Under the pieces are notes generated by a model. That model saw only the letters and a program-made list of their open reading frames with translations, searched no databases and had not been told where the DNA came from. Of a DNA stretch of 64,000 nucleotides, positions 41,651 through 52,400 are shown piece by piece. Source of the DNA: an uncultured Candidatus Saccharibacteria bacterium. Its GTDB lineage: Bacteria; Patescibacteriota; Minisyncoccia; Phycocordibacterales; UBA918. The translations under genes were made by a program, and so were the position numbers. The stretch covers positions 27,280-91,279 of the forward strand of contig CAYOAM010000002.1 of NCBI GenBank assembly GCA_964402035.1. The letters run 5' to 3'. Numbering within the stretch: the first letter of the stretch is position 1; each line of letters begins with the position of its first letter.

Positions 41651-42034
41651 TTATGAAGATTCCTGTTTCTCCTTTTTGGATGAGGTTCCTTTCGTGACTG
41701 AGCGTCCACCTCGTTTTGCCTTCTGTGACTTATCGGGAGTTGGATCAGTATCTTTGATATGTTCGTGACTATTTTCTGGTGTTGGAGCCACTTTGCTCCC
41801 TGACTCGGCACGCACGCGTTCCTTTTTGGCACGGATGCGTTCAGCACGTCTCGCACTCTGTGTAGAGAGATCAATAACCTGTCGTCCATTATAAAATCCA
41901 CAGGCAAGACACATATGATGAGGTCGTACCGACGCCTTACAATTTGAACACACGGCAAGAGATACCTCTTTGAGTGCGTGATGAGAACGGCGGTTGCGGG
42001 TATGTGCCCGCGTATGTCGCATTCGAATTACCAT
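41651..42034 (-). CDS. rpmF: 50S ribosomal protein L32 with C-terminal extension
   Basis: RNRRSH, CSNC..PHHMCLACGFY. Confidence 0.93.
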   Translation of the reverse strand: MVIRMRHTRAHTRNRRSHHALKEVSLAVCSNCKASVRPHHMCLACGFYNGRQVIDLSTQSARRAERIRAKKERVRAESGSKVAPTPENSHEHIKDTDPTPDKSQKAKRGGRSVTKGTSSKKEKQESS

Positions 42035-42070
42035 AGCGGAGAGACTATAACAGAGAAAAAGAAAACGAGC

Positions 42071-42107
42071 AACCCCGGGCTATTTCCAAGGGAAATAGCC
42101 CGGGGTT
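42071..42107. terminator. Strong hairpin
   Basis: AACCCCGGGCTATTTCC-aag-GGAAATAGCCCGGGGTT. Confidence 0.6.
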
Positions 42108-42187
42108 GGCATAAAAAAAGCGCCGGGAGCATTGCTCGCCGGACGCTGAATACTACGTTGTCCGTGGTATTAATGAAAAGTGTGTGG

Positions 42188-42484
42188 CTAATTGTTTGCC
42201 CTCCCGAATACACTCCCCAGCACGCACCAATCTGGGCATGTAATGGATGCATAGAACTGCATGCGGGTTATATCCCGCATTTTGACACGCACCACATCCA
42301 CCGCAAGGTGAAAACCAAATACCTGGATCAGGATTATCAGGCTTCCTTCTTTGTAATCCCATCGTTTCTTCCCCAGAATTATTGCGCCAGAATCGGTGCA
42401 AAATATGCGGAACTGTCCAAAGTCTCTGCGGACCAAAGAACAACTCCAACTGACAACCATACTACTCATATAGAACCCTGTCAA
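42188..42484 (-). CDS. Possible orphan protein
   Basis: Fills the gap between rnhB and the hairpins; competing ORFs exist in other frames. Confidence 0.3.
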   Translation of the reverse strand: MTGFYMSSMVVSWSCSLVRRDFGQFRIFCTDSGAIILGKKRWDYKEGSLIILIQVFGFHLAVDVVRVKMRDITRMQFYASITCPDWCVLGSVFGRANN

Positions 42485-42510
42485 TGATTGCTATGCACCT
42501 CTGTGCACAA

Positions 42511-43128
42511 CTATTTTTCAAGAGCTTCGCTTTTATACTTTTTACAAAAACTTCTGCGATGAATTTTGGAAAGCCCATATTTTTTAATAGCGTCACTATG
42601 CATTTTTGTCCCATACCCTTTATGAACTTCAAAACCATATCGCGGATATTTTTTGGCGATATGCACCATATATCGATCGCGAGTCACTTTCGCCATGATG
42701 GAGGCAAGTGAAATCGCAGGCTCGGTTACGTCCCCCTTTATAACGGTCTTTTGGTTTTTAAATTCTGATGGCGCATGAAGAAGTCCGTCAAGCCGTACTT
42801 CAACATCGCCAGGATCCACAGCCAATTTTTTAAAAATAGCAGCGATTCCTTCGCGCACAGCGTTCGTAATTCCCTTTTTATCTATCGTCGCGGCGTTCAC
42901 GAGCGCAACATGATATGAAATCTGGTGTTGATTCAAACTTTTTTTTACTTCCTCAAATACTCGTTCACGCACTTTTGGTGATAATTTTTTAGAGTCCCTT
43001 ACAACCGAAAACACTGAAAAATCAAAATCATGGGGCACGAGCACAGCCCCAACCGCAACAGGTCCCGCAAGTGGCCCTCTGCCTGCTTCGTCTATTCCAA
43101 TGAGATATTTTGGGTTTTTCTTTTTCAT
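42511..43128 (-). CDS. rnhB: Ribonuclease HII
   Basis: GIDEAGRGPLAGPV, DSKKL, ASIMAKVTRD, HKGYGT, HRRSF. Confidence 0.97.
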   Translation of the reverse strand: MKKKNPKYLIGIDEAGRGPLAGPVAVGAVLVPHDFDFSVFSVVRDSKKLSPKVRERVFEEVKKSLNQHQISYHVALVNAATIDKKGITNAVREGIAAIFKKLAVDPGDVEVRLDGLLHAPSEFKNQKTVIKGDVTEPAISLASIMAKVTRDRYMVHIAKKYPRYGFEVHKGYGTKMHSDAIKKYGLSKIHRRSFCKKYKSEALEK

Positions 43129-43364
43129 TATGTATGTGGTAGAGCTACTATGAACTCTTTTGAAGAATCTAACGGAAGGGCAATTTTATTTGTGTGCTGC
43201 CTCATCGGCCTACACAAATAAAATGGTCCTGAGTTTAGTGGCCTAGCACGTATTTTTTCTAATAAAGAAAAAATACGTGCTAGGAACACGGGTTCTGAAA
43301 AGGAGCTCATGGTAGCTCTAGTTCCCGATTTCCCAATCTCTAAACCTCACTCTATAATGACACG

Positions 43365-46300
43365 ATGAGCGACATTCCCTTCACCCACCTTCACACACAT
43401 TCGCACTATTCGCTCTTGAATGCCTTGCCGACAATCGATGAACTCGTTGCCGCAGCAAAAAAAGAAGGGATGACGACCCTTGCGCTCACGGACAATGGCA
43501 ACCTCTATGGCGCAATCGAATTCTACCAAACCTGCATGGCAGAAGGCATCAAACCAATCATCGGTATCGACGCATATTTGGCTCCACGGACACTCTTTGA
43601 TAAAGAACCCAACGACAAACCACACGCACGACTGGTCCTCCTCGCCCTCAATACTGACGGATACAAAGCGCTCATTCAGCTCGTCACCGACTCCTACGTC
43701 CACGGTTTCTACTACCGCCCTCGTCTCGATCGAGAACACATCAAAGCACAGAGCAAAAACCTTATCGCCATTATTCCCTCTTTTTCTGGCGAGACGAGTC
43801 ATGCATTGAAAAACGATGACCAAGAAAAAACGCATGCCGCACTTTCCTGGTACAAGGATGTATTTGGTGACCGACTCTATCTTGAGCTCACCCATCATCC
43901 CGAAATACCGGGCCACATGGAACTCATGCGCAAGATTGCAGCTCTTGGTAAGGAGACCAACACACCGTGCATGGCCGCACACGACGTATACTATCTGGAA
44001 AAAGGCGATCATCGTGCCCGCGAGACGTTACAAAAAATTCAGACGGGTGCCACCATCGACACCACATCAGGTTTTGATGAACAAACTGAGGATTTTTCAT
44101 TTATCAGTACAAAGCTTGCGCACACCTATTTTAAAGACAACCCTGAAGCACTTCTTAACACGCACAACATTGCCGAACGATGTTCAATCACGATTGAACT
44201 CAAAAAATGGTATTTCCCAAACTTCATTATTGCAAGTGGCCGCACACCGGACGAAGAGTTGCGCCAACTTGCAGAAAACGGTTTACGGTGGCGCGGACTT
44301 GCTGGGACCGAAGATGAGATGACGCGCCTCAACTACGAGCTCGATATTATTAAAATGAAAGGGTATTCAAAATACTTTCTCGTCGTAGCGGACCTCATTA
44401 ATGAAGCGCGTAAACGAAAAATCCTCACGACTATTCGAGGATCGGTTGCAGGCTCACTGGTGACCTATTCGCTCGGCATTACGACGGTTAATCCGCTTGA
44501 CTACAAAATTCCCTTTGAACGATTCCTCAACCCTGAACGTCCATCGGCGCCTGATATCGACATGGACTTCGCTGACAATCGCCGCGACGAGATGATCGAC
44601 TACGTGCGCCAAAAATATGGCAAGGACAATGTCGCACAAATTGGTACCTTTGGCACCATGATGGCGCGCGCTGCTGTGCGCGATGTTGCGCGCGCACTTG
44701 GACATCCATATGGCACGGGTGATCGTATTGCAAAATTAATCCCAATGGGTAGCCAAGGCTTTCCGATGACCATTGAACACGCACTTGAAATCGAACCCGA
44801 TCTCAAGAAACTATACAAACAAGATGCGGACACCAAAGACATCATTGATCTTGCCAAAAAAATTGAAGGGAAAGCTCGTCACATTTCGGTGCATGCGGCA
44901 GGTGTGGTGATTGCCCCCACACCGCTCGTTAATTTTGTCCCTGTTCAACCCGATCCAAAAGGTGGAAAGATGATCACCCAGTACGACATGCACGCGGTCG
45001 GAGAAGACGGTGTTGGACTTTTGAAATTCGACTTCCTAGGTATTCGCAACCTGTCCATACTCGCTGACGCGGTGAAGCGTGTCTCGAAAATCCACGGTAT
45101 TGATATCGATATTGAAAACGTACCCGTCGATGATACCAAAACATTTGAAATACTTGCCCGTGGAGAAACCATGGGGCTGTTTCAATTGGGAGGCTCTGGG
45201 ATGACGCACTTCCTCAAAGAACTAAAGCCAAGCTCGATTCACGACATCAATGCCATGGTGGCGCTCTATCGCCCCGGACCAATGGAATCAATCCCCCAGT
45301 ATATTGAACGCAAACACAATCCTCGCCTCATCACTTACCTAGACCCTCGTCTCAAGGACGTACTTAATCGCTCATATGGCGTCGTCACGTACCAAGATGA
45401 TGTTCTGATGATCTCGATTAAACTCGCAGGATATTCGTGGCTCCAGGCGGACACGCTACGCAAAGCCATGGGAAAGAAAATCCCTGCAGTGATGGAGGCT
45501 GAAAAAGCAAAGTTGCTCAAAGGTTTTGCAGAGTTTGGAAAACTGCCAACTGAAAAAGCTGAAAAATTATGGAGTCTCATAGAACCATTTGCGGCCTATG
45601 GATTTGGTAAAGCGCATGCCGCAAGTTATGGCCGTGTGGCATATCAGACTGCATACATGAAGGCCAATTATCCAATCGAATACATGTCAGCAGTGCTCAC
45701 TGCTGAATCAGGTGATGTTGAGACAGTGTCTATGATCATCGACGAATGTGAACGTATGAAGATCAGCATACTGCCGCCCGATATCAATGAAAGTTTCAGC
45801 GACTTCTCAGTTGTGCCAAATACCAATACGATCCGTTTTGGACTTGCGTCAATAAAAAATTTTGGTGAGGGTGTAGCAGAAGCCATTATTGACGAGCGCA
45901 AGGCGCATGGCCCTTTTACCACGCTTGAAGATTTTCTTGGACGTATTCCGATAAAAAGTTTCAACAAAAAATCTCTTGAAGCACTTATTATGACGGGAGC
46001 CTTGGATCGCTATGGCGAACGAAGTGTGCTCCTCCACAATACCGAGACCTTGTTAAGCTACATAAAGGAAATGCAAGCGCAAAAATTGGCGGCGCAAGAT
46101 TCACTTTTTGGCGGGGCAGAAACAAGCTCGGTGCGATCAATCAATCTTGAACAAATACCACCAGTATCTGTTGCGCAGAAACTACTTTGGGAGAAGGAAC
46201 TCCTTGGCGTCTATGTCTCTGGACACCCGCTCGACGCATACAAAGAAGCGCTCAAGAAACGCCCTACCATATTGAGTGTACGCAACGATGAACGCGAAGG

Positions 46301-46556
46301 AATACCTGTGGTTGTTGCCGGCATCATTGAAGTCTCACGCGAAATCATGACCAAAAAAGGTGACCGCATGGCATTTGTGACAGTCGGTGACGCAACAGGA
46401 AGCATTGAGGTCGTCCTCTTCCCAAGCGTACTTGAAACCAAACGCGAACTCGCACTTCCACAGACCTGTGTGGCCATCAAGGGCCGCCTCTCGCACCGCA
46501 ATGGTGAACCAAGCATCGTCGCCGAAGCGATCAAAGCGCTTGAGAAAGATGTTTGA
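43365..46556 (+). CDS. dnaE: DNA polymerase III alpha subunit
   Basis: PHP HLHTHSHYSLL, RGSVAGSL, PDIDMDF, LLKFDFLG, OB-fold. Confidence 0.98.
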   Translation: MSDIPFTHLHTHSHYSLLNALPTIDELVAAAKKEGMTTLALTDNGNLYGAIEFYQTCMAEGIKPIIGIDAYLAPRTLFDKEPNDKPHARLVLLALNTDGYKALIQLVTDSYVHGFYYRPRLDREHIKAQSKNLIAIIPSFSGETSHALKNDDQEKTHAALSWYKDVFGDRLYLELTHHPEIPGHMELMRKIAALGKETNTPCMAAHDVYYLEKGDHRARETLQKIQTGATIDTTSGFDEQTEDFSFISTKLAHTYFKDNPEALLNTHNIAERCSITIELKKWYFPNFIIASGRTPDEELRQLAENGLRWRGLAGTEDEMTRLNYELDIIKMKGYSKYFLVVADLINEARKRKILTTIRGSVAGSLVTYSLGITTVNPLDYKIPFERFLNPERPSAPDIDMDFADNRRDEMIDYVRQKYGKDNVAQIGTFGTMMARAAVRDVARALGHPYGTGDRIAKLIPMGSQGFPMTIEHALEIEPDLKKLYKQDADTKDIIDLAKKIEGKARHISVHAAGVVIAPTPLVNFVPVQPDPKGGKMITQYDMHAVGEDGVGLLKFDFLGIRNLSILADAVKRVSKIHGIDIDIENVPVDDTKTFEILARGETMGLFQLGGSGMTHFLKELKPSSIHDINAMVALYRPGPMESIPQYIERKHNPRLITYLDPRLKDVLNRSYGVVTYQDDVLMISIKLAGYSWLQADTLRKAMGKKIPAVMEAEKAKLLKGFAEFGKLPTEKAEKLWSLIEPFAAYGFGKAHAASYGRVAYQTAYMKANYPIEYMSAVLTAESGDVETVSMIIDECERMKISILPPDINESFSDFSVVPNTNTIRFGLASIKNFGEGVAEAIIDERKAHGPFTTLEDFLGRIPIKSFNKKSLEALIMTGALDRYGERSVLLHNTETLLSYIKEMQAQKLAAQDSLFGGAETSSVRSINLEQIPPVSVAQKLLWEKELLGVYVSGHPLDAYKEALKKRPTILSVRNDEREGIPVVVAGIIEVSREIMTKKGDRMAFVTVGDATGSIEVVLFPSVLETKRELALPQTCVAIKGRLSHRNGEPSIVAEAIKALEKDV

Positions 46557-46585
46557 CATTGTCTCACTACGCGTTAGGATAGTGG

Positions 46586-46775
46586 GTACCAGAGATTGTG
46601 ACGGGCACCAACCGTCAGCGCTTCGCGCGTAGCAATACCTAATTTGGTAAGAGAGTGCTGAGCCCTAAAACCTAACGGTTCGGGCAAGGAAACTCGGTGG
46701 AACCGCGGCTTACCACAGTAAGATCGTCCGAGTAAAAATGTGACTTGTTCATATTTTTACTCGGACGTTTTTTGT
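46586..46775 (+). promoter_or_regulatory. Transcriptional T-box riboswitch (Thr)
   Basis: CTCGG-TGGAACC-GCG (46693-46707) can pair with CGT-CCGAG (antiterminator); terminator 46725-46767 plus T-run; ACC at 46670-46672; upstream of thrS. Confidence 0.85.
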
Positions 46776-46801
46776 TTATTTTTATTAGAAAACCAAAACA
46801 T

Positions 46802-48547
46802 ATGAATCTCGAAAATTTGCGTCACACCCTTGCCCACCTTTTAGCTTCTGCAGTACTCGAACACTACCCACACGCGAAGCGGACTATAGGTCCCGTTATT
46901 GATAATGGTTTTTACTACGACTTTGATTTTTCAGGCGGAGAAAAGCCGGGCGACGATGATCTAAAGAAAATCCAGACAACGATGCGCAAGACGTTTTCTT
47001 CGTGGACTGATTTTGCTCATGAAGTAGTGACTCCCGAGAAAGCGCGGGAAATTTTCAAAGACAATCCGTACAAGATAGAGCTCGTGAACGAGCTCGCGGA
47101 GAAAGGCGAAACAATCACCCTCTACACATCAGGAAAATTCACCGACCTTTGCCGTGGCGGACACTTGGAAAACCCCGCGCGTGAAATAGATCCGAGTGGT
47201 TTTAAACTCACAACCGTTGCGGGTGCCTATTGGCGAGGTGATGAAAAAAACGCGATGCTCACCCGCATCTATGGACTTGCATTCGCGACCGAAGCAGAAC
47301 TCACTGCGTACCAGACACAAGTTGAAGAAGCGAAGAAACGCGACCACCGAAAACTTGGCAAAGAACTTGACCTCTTTACCTTTTCTGAACTCGTTGGACC
47401 AGGACTTCCCCTCTGGACACCAAAAGGTACTGCCATGCGCCACCTCTTGGACCAGTACGTGTGGGAACTCAGGAGCAAGTACGGCTACGAGCGCGTCACA
47501 ATCCCTCACATCACCAAAAAGAATCTCTATGAGACGTCGGGTCACTGGGAAAAATTTGCCGACGAACTTTTCCGCATCAAAACACGCGAAGATAAAGAGT
47601 ATGCGTTGAAGCCCATGAACTGCCCACACCACACACAGATATTTGCGCGACAGCCACACAGCTATCGCAATATGCCGCAGCGCTACGCAGAGACGACCAT
47701 GGTATATCGCGACGAACAATCAGGTGAACTCGGAGGTCTCACTCGCGTACTTTCGATCACGCAGGACGACTCGCATGTCTTTTGTCGACATAGCCAAGTG
47801 AAGGATGAATTTTTTGCGATCTGGGACATCATCGATACCTTCTACGGCACCTTTGGATTTACCCTCAAGGTCCGTCTCTCTTTCCATGATCCCAAAGAAA
47901 TGCAGAAATACCTTGGTACACCTGAGATTTGGAAAAATGCCGAAGATGCACTCCGTGAGATCGCGATTGCGCGAAAAGCAGATTACTTTGAAGCGCTTGG
48001 TGAAGCAGCGATGTATGGTCCGAAGCTCGACTTTATGGCGATGGATTCGATTGGACGTCAACATCAAGTCGCCACGATCCAACTCGATATGAACATGCCG
48101 GAACGATTTGATCTTGAGTGCACCAACGAAAAAGGTGAAAAGGAGCGTATCGTGATGATCCACTGCGCAATCATGGGATCTATCGAACGCTTTTCTGCAG
48201 TACTCATCGAACACCTGGGTGGCAACTTCCCTCTCTGGCTTTCTCCTGAACAAATCCGTATCGTCACCGTGAGCGAAAACCAGCGCGCGTATGCAGAAAA
48301 TGTACAGAAGACTCTAGCAGCTGCAGGCATCCGCGCTGTACTAGATCAGAGCGATGAATCAATGGGCAAGAAAATCCGTCTTGCAAAGCAGGCACGCATC
48401 CCCTACTTTGCCGTCATTGGAGATAAAGAAGTTGAAGCGCAGGAGATCACGCTCGAAACTCGCGGCGTAGATGCGCCAGCGAAGCTATCACTTGCGGCGC
48501 TGACTGAACGATTGGTGCGAGAAAACAAAGAGCGAACACTCACATAA
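46802..48547 (+). CDS. thrS: Threonine--tRNA ligase (lacks N-terminal TGS domain)
   Basis: RHTLAHLL, DLCRGGH, RDHRKLG, KPMNCPHH, HCAIMGSIERF. Confidence 0.97.
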   Translation: MNLENLRHTLAHLLASAVLEHYPHAKRTIGPVIDNGFYYDFDFSGGEKPGDDDLKKIQTTMRKTFSSWTDFAHEVVTPEKAREIFKDNPYKIELVNELAEKGETITLYTSGKFTDLCRGGHLENPAREIDPSGFKLTTVAGAYWRGDEKNAMLTRIYGLAFATEAELTAYQTQVEEAKKRDHRKLGKELDLFTFSELVGPGLPLWTPKGTAMRHLLDQYVWELRSKYGYERVTIPHITKKNLYETSGHWEKFADELFRIKTREDKEYALKPMNCPHHTQIFARQPHSYRNMPQRYAETTMVYRDEQSGELGGLTRVLSITQDDSHVFCRHSQVKDEFFAIWDIIDTFYGTFGFTLKVRLSFHDPKEMQKYLGTPEIWKNAEDALREIAIARKADYFEALGEAAMYGPKLDFMAMDSIGRQHQVATIQLDMNMPERFDLECTNEKGEKERIVMIHCAIMGSIERFSAVLIEHLGGNFPLWLSPEQIRIVTVSENQRAYAENVQKTLAAAGIRAVLDQSDESMGKKIRLAKQARIPYFAVIGDKEVEAQEITLETRGVDAPAKLSLAALTERLVRENKERTLT

Positions 48548-48614
48548 AAACTGAAAGAAATTGTCACACTGTGCGTACTAATAAGTGGACGTACATGTAG
48601 CAAGCTTATATACA

Positions 48615-48656
48615 ACACAAACACCGCGCGCCTCATGAGGCGCGCGGTGTTTGTGT
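48615..48656. terminator. Perfect 42-bp palindrome between convergent genes
   Basis: ACACAAACACCGCGCGCCTCA|TGAGGCGCGCGGTGTTTGTGT. Confidence 0.7.
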
Positions 48657-48691
48657 AGAAAAATCCTCACCAGCAATATAGCTGACGAGGA

Positions 48692-49183
48692 TTACAAACT
48701 CTCAAAATAAAACCGTGAACCCTTTGTCCACATCCAAGACGATTCCAAAGCCAAGGGGGTATAGTCCCATATACACCAGCCGGTCGGGGTACTCCAGATA
48801 TCATAAAAAAGAGCAAGTGGGTAGGTTTTGTCATCCAATAAACGCATCATGAAAAAATTTGGCCTGCCATCCACCAGCAGAAACCCTTTTTCCCCATGAC
48901 CCTGTAGTGCAATGAGATAGTGTACGTAGTAGAGAGACCGAATGGTACCGCGTACAGTATTAACTACTTCAGTATGTGACAGATCTTTTACAGTCACGAC
49001 ACACCGTATCGTACAACTGTGTGGCTGCGTATGGTCTGCAACACGAACCCTCTCACGAAACCAAGGGTTCAAAGAAGCGATGTATAATATGTTATCGTCA
49101 AAATTCACCCGAAAACGTTCTTCTGGAACGAACAATGCTTCGGCACCTGGAATCCAAATTTCTTCCTTTGGAAGAAATAACAT
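48692..49183 (-). CDS. Hypothetical protein
   Basis: 163 aa, GGAGG SD, LIALQGHGEKGFLLVDGRPNFF segment. Confidence 0.65.
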   Translation of the reverse strand: MLFLPKEEIWIPGAEALFVPEERFRVNFDDNILYIASLNPWFRERVRVADHTQPHSCTIRCVVTVKDLSHTEVVNTVRGTIRSLYYVHYLIALQGHGEKGFLLVDGRPNFFMMRLLDDKTYPLALFYDIWSTPTGWCIWDYTPLALESSWMWTKGSRFYFESL

Positions 49184-49317
49184 AATCTTCCTCCAGCTGA
49201 GAACGAGAGACTTCTGAGGTAACAAAACCATGTATTAGCATTATGCGCAAGCAAAACACAAAACCGCCCAAAAAGGACGGTTTTGTTTGGATTTGAGATG
49301 TGTCTCGGCGTCTCCAA

Positions 49318-49435
49318 GAGTGCTCAAAAATCAGAGATATGCGCGGCGCGAGCGAGGAGTGAACCGAGCCATATTTGATATATGGTGAGGGAACACCGGG
49401 GCTCGCAACAATGCAAATCTCGATTTTTGACACTC
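49318..49435. repeat. ERIC-like element, copy D
   Basis: GAGTGCTCAAAAATCAGAGAT...ATCTCGATTTTTGACACTC; GCGAGC/GCTCGC; CCATAT-ttgat-ATATGG. Confidence 0.7.
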
Positions 49436-49454
49436 GCCCAGGATTTTAGAATGT

Positions 49455-52400
49455 TTAGGAAATAGCTTTGAGTGCCTTAATAACAGCCAAACGAACAGCC
49501 GCAACCTCATCACTATATGTACCATCAATAGCAGATACAAGTGCAAGTACCGCAGCCTTCAACTTTTCGTCAGAAATGTGTGCTGATGCACGTACGAGCA
49601 TATCAGAAGTATTATTTCCTGCATGACGAGCACGTACAACGCCATCGAGCGCTTCTGCAGCATCTGCGATAGCAATCATGGGATTGTTTCCAAGAAGTGC
49701 GTATGCGAGTGCAGTGTTGCCAGTCACTATGGCTTCAGCAAGCGTCGTTGCCCCTACTTCCTCCACAACCGGCGAAGCTTCAATTGAAGCAACTGCAGCT
49801 GATGTTGTCTGTGGGAAAAGCGCCATCACACGCTCACGATTAAGGATGATCCATCCATCTTCACGTGGGTACGATGCCTTAGCTCGCTCAATAAGATCCT
49901 GAAGCATGGTTGATGCCTCTTCAGTTGTATCACTTTGATCAATCATGAGACGCAGTGCATCGCTTGAGAGCAATACATTGTGACCATGTGCGATATTTTC
50001 CAAATGAGAAATGGCATCCTGCATATCTCCTTCCGGAGCTTCCTCATCGTTTTCATTTTCTTCCTCATCACGATCAACATCTTCGTCATCATGCGCAGCA
50101 GTAACTACCTGATGTGCATATGATCCTGTTGGAAGATTTGATGGAACCTCTGCATGTACCGCTTTTACCTGTGTGGCACCAGGAGCACTAAAGGCAACTG
50201 CAGCTGCGGTATGCACAGGTGCCGGTGTCGCTACATGAGTATGCGCATGATATTCATCATGTGGGATCATCGAACCAAACGTATAATTTGATGCAGCTGC
50301 TTGCGATGCGGGAAGTGTGAACCCAAATACTGAGCCACGCTTGATAGCCAGCACATACGCGATCGCGAGACTCCAGAGAGTAAGCAGTGTGTAGAAGAGA
50401 CCGGTGAGGAATGGACCTGCGTCAAATCCCGTGTACGGGATATCGGTAAATGAAAGCGAACTCAGTTGATTACGATCAGTAAGTACCGTAAACCCACCCA
50501 CCTTCACCTCAACTGTACAGGTATCCTTGCGGCTTCCCTTTGACACGGTGAGCGTGTACTTGGTCGTCTTTGTCGGCTTCACGGTCACTGATCCTTCATC
50601 AGTCTTGTCATCGTTGGTGGTTTCATAGACATCGTTTGGACCAATCTTGAGCTCAGATCCACGACGAGTTTTCCATGAAAGTTTTACCGAATCACCAGCA
50701 CTGATAGTCTTTTTAGATGCTGTGAAAGCCGAACAGACAGGCTTATTTGAACCACCGCCCCCACCTCCTCCACCACCGCCACCAGTTTCTACACTGACTG
50801 AAGCATTACAACTTACCGTCTCGCTTCCACGCTTTGCAGTGAGGACGTAGGTCTTGTTTTCATTGACAGTAATACTCTGTGTCCCATCAGGAGTCACGGT
50901 ACCAATACTATTGTCGATCGTTACTGAGTCAGCATTGGTGGTATTCCAAGTCATCGTTGCAGTATTCCCTTTTGAAACTGAACTTGGTGAAATACTGAAT
51001 GCATCACAGCTAAGTTTTGGCGTTTCAGAGGGATTAATATCGACAAATACGTTACAGGTCGCACTCTGGTTTCCTTTTGTCGCAGTGAGGACAAACGTCG
51101 TGTCCGAAGTAACATTCTTTGATGTAGACCCATCGACTGCTACAGCACCAACACCGTTGTTGATTGATACTGAATCAGCGTTTGAGGTATTCCATGTGAA
51201 TACAACATCACCGGCTGCAGTCAAAACATTTGGTGATGCGGTAAAGCTGTCACAACTTGGTGCGGCTGTTTGTGTTGCAACCGTAATCGTCTGTACACAT
51301 TGTGTACTCTTATTACCTTTTGTAGCGGTGAGAATATAGGTCACCGTTTGCTGTACGTTTACTGAAAGTGAACCATTGAGCGCGACTGATCCGTTGCTAT
51401 TATCAAGAGTCACTGAGTCGGCATTGCTCGTCGTCCAATTGAGGGTAGAATTTCCACCACCAAAACCATGGCTTGCAGGCGTTGCCGAGAGTGCACATAC
51501 AGGTGCTGGATCTGCGACTGGATTCACGACTAGCAATGCTTCACAGTTCACGGTACCACCTGCTCCGGTAAAGCTTCCTTTGTAGGTATGTGTTGAAGCA
51601 ACCTCAGGAATGACCACAAATGAGCCAGTGCCTGCTGTCGTTTGTTCAACAATACTCTCCACACCGTTTACGACTTTCTTTAATACGATATTTGAAACAT
51701 TTTCAGAAGTCCAATTGACACGTGATGATCCTCCGAGCGTGATAGCTGACGGAGAAACCGTGAGCGTACATGCGGGAGCAACAGCGCCACCAACAGTGAC
51801 TGCTGCATTACAATTTACCGACCCACCAGGACCTGTTGCGGTAAGCGTAAAGGTCTTGCCACTAGAAACTGATACCAAGTGTGATCCATCAAGCACGACT
51901 GATCCAACACCCTCACTAATAGAAACCGCAGTTGCATTGTCGGTCGTCCAAGAAAGTATCGTATTTCCTCCACCAAATGGAAGACTGTTGGGTGACGCAA
52001 CAAGTGTACAGGTTGGTGCAAGTGGTGCCGCAGCAACGGTAACCGGAGCTGAACACGAAGCGCTACCACCCGGACCAGTGACGGTCAGTGTGAATGTTTT
52101 AGAAGAAGCGACAAATATAGATCGTGAACCATTCGTTGCTACTGATCCAATAGTCTGGTCAATCGTTGCAGCGGTAGCATTGTTTGAAGTCCACGAAAGG
52201 TTGGTGTTGCCACCAGAGTGTGAGAAAGAAGAAGGGCTCGCCGAAATAGCACAGGTCGGAGCCGGTGTGAGTACGACATCTTCATGAGGACCACCTACAT
52301 CGAGGTTGGGGCCATTGTCGATGGGAGAGTTGTCGGGTGCGTCAGTGTTGGTATCGTCAGGGTTGCTATTTCCGCCACCCTCTCCAGCACCGGGACCATC

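Noticed and set aside
43128-43310. 60-aa ORF upstream of rnhB
   Set aside because: No motif or other support; not called.
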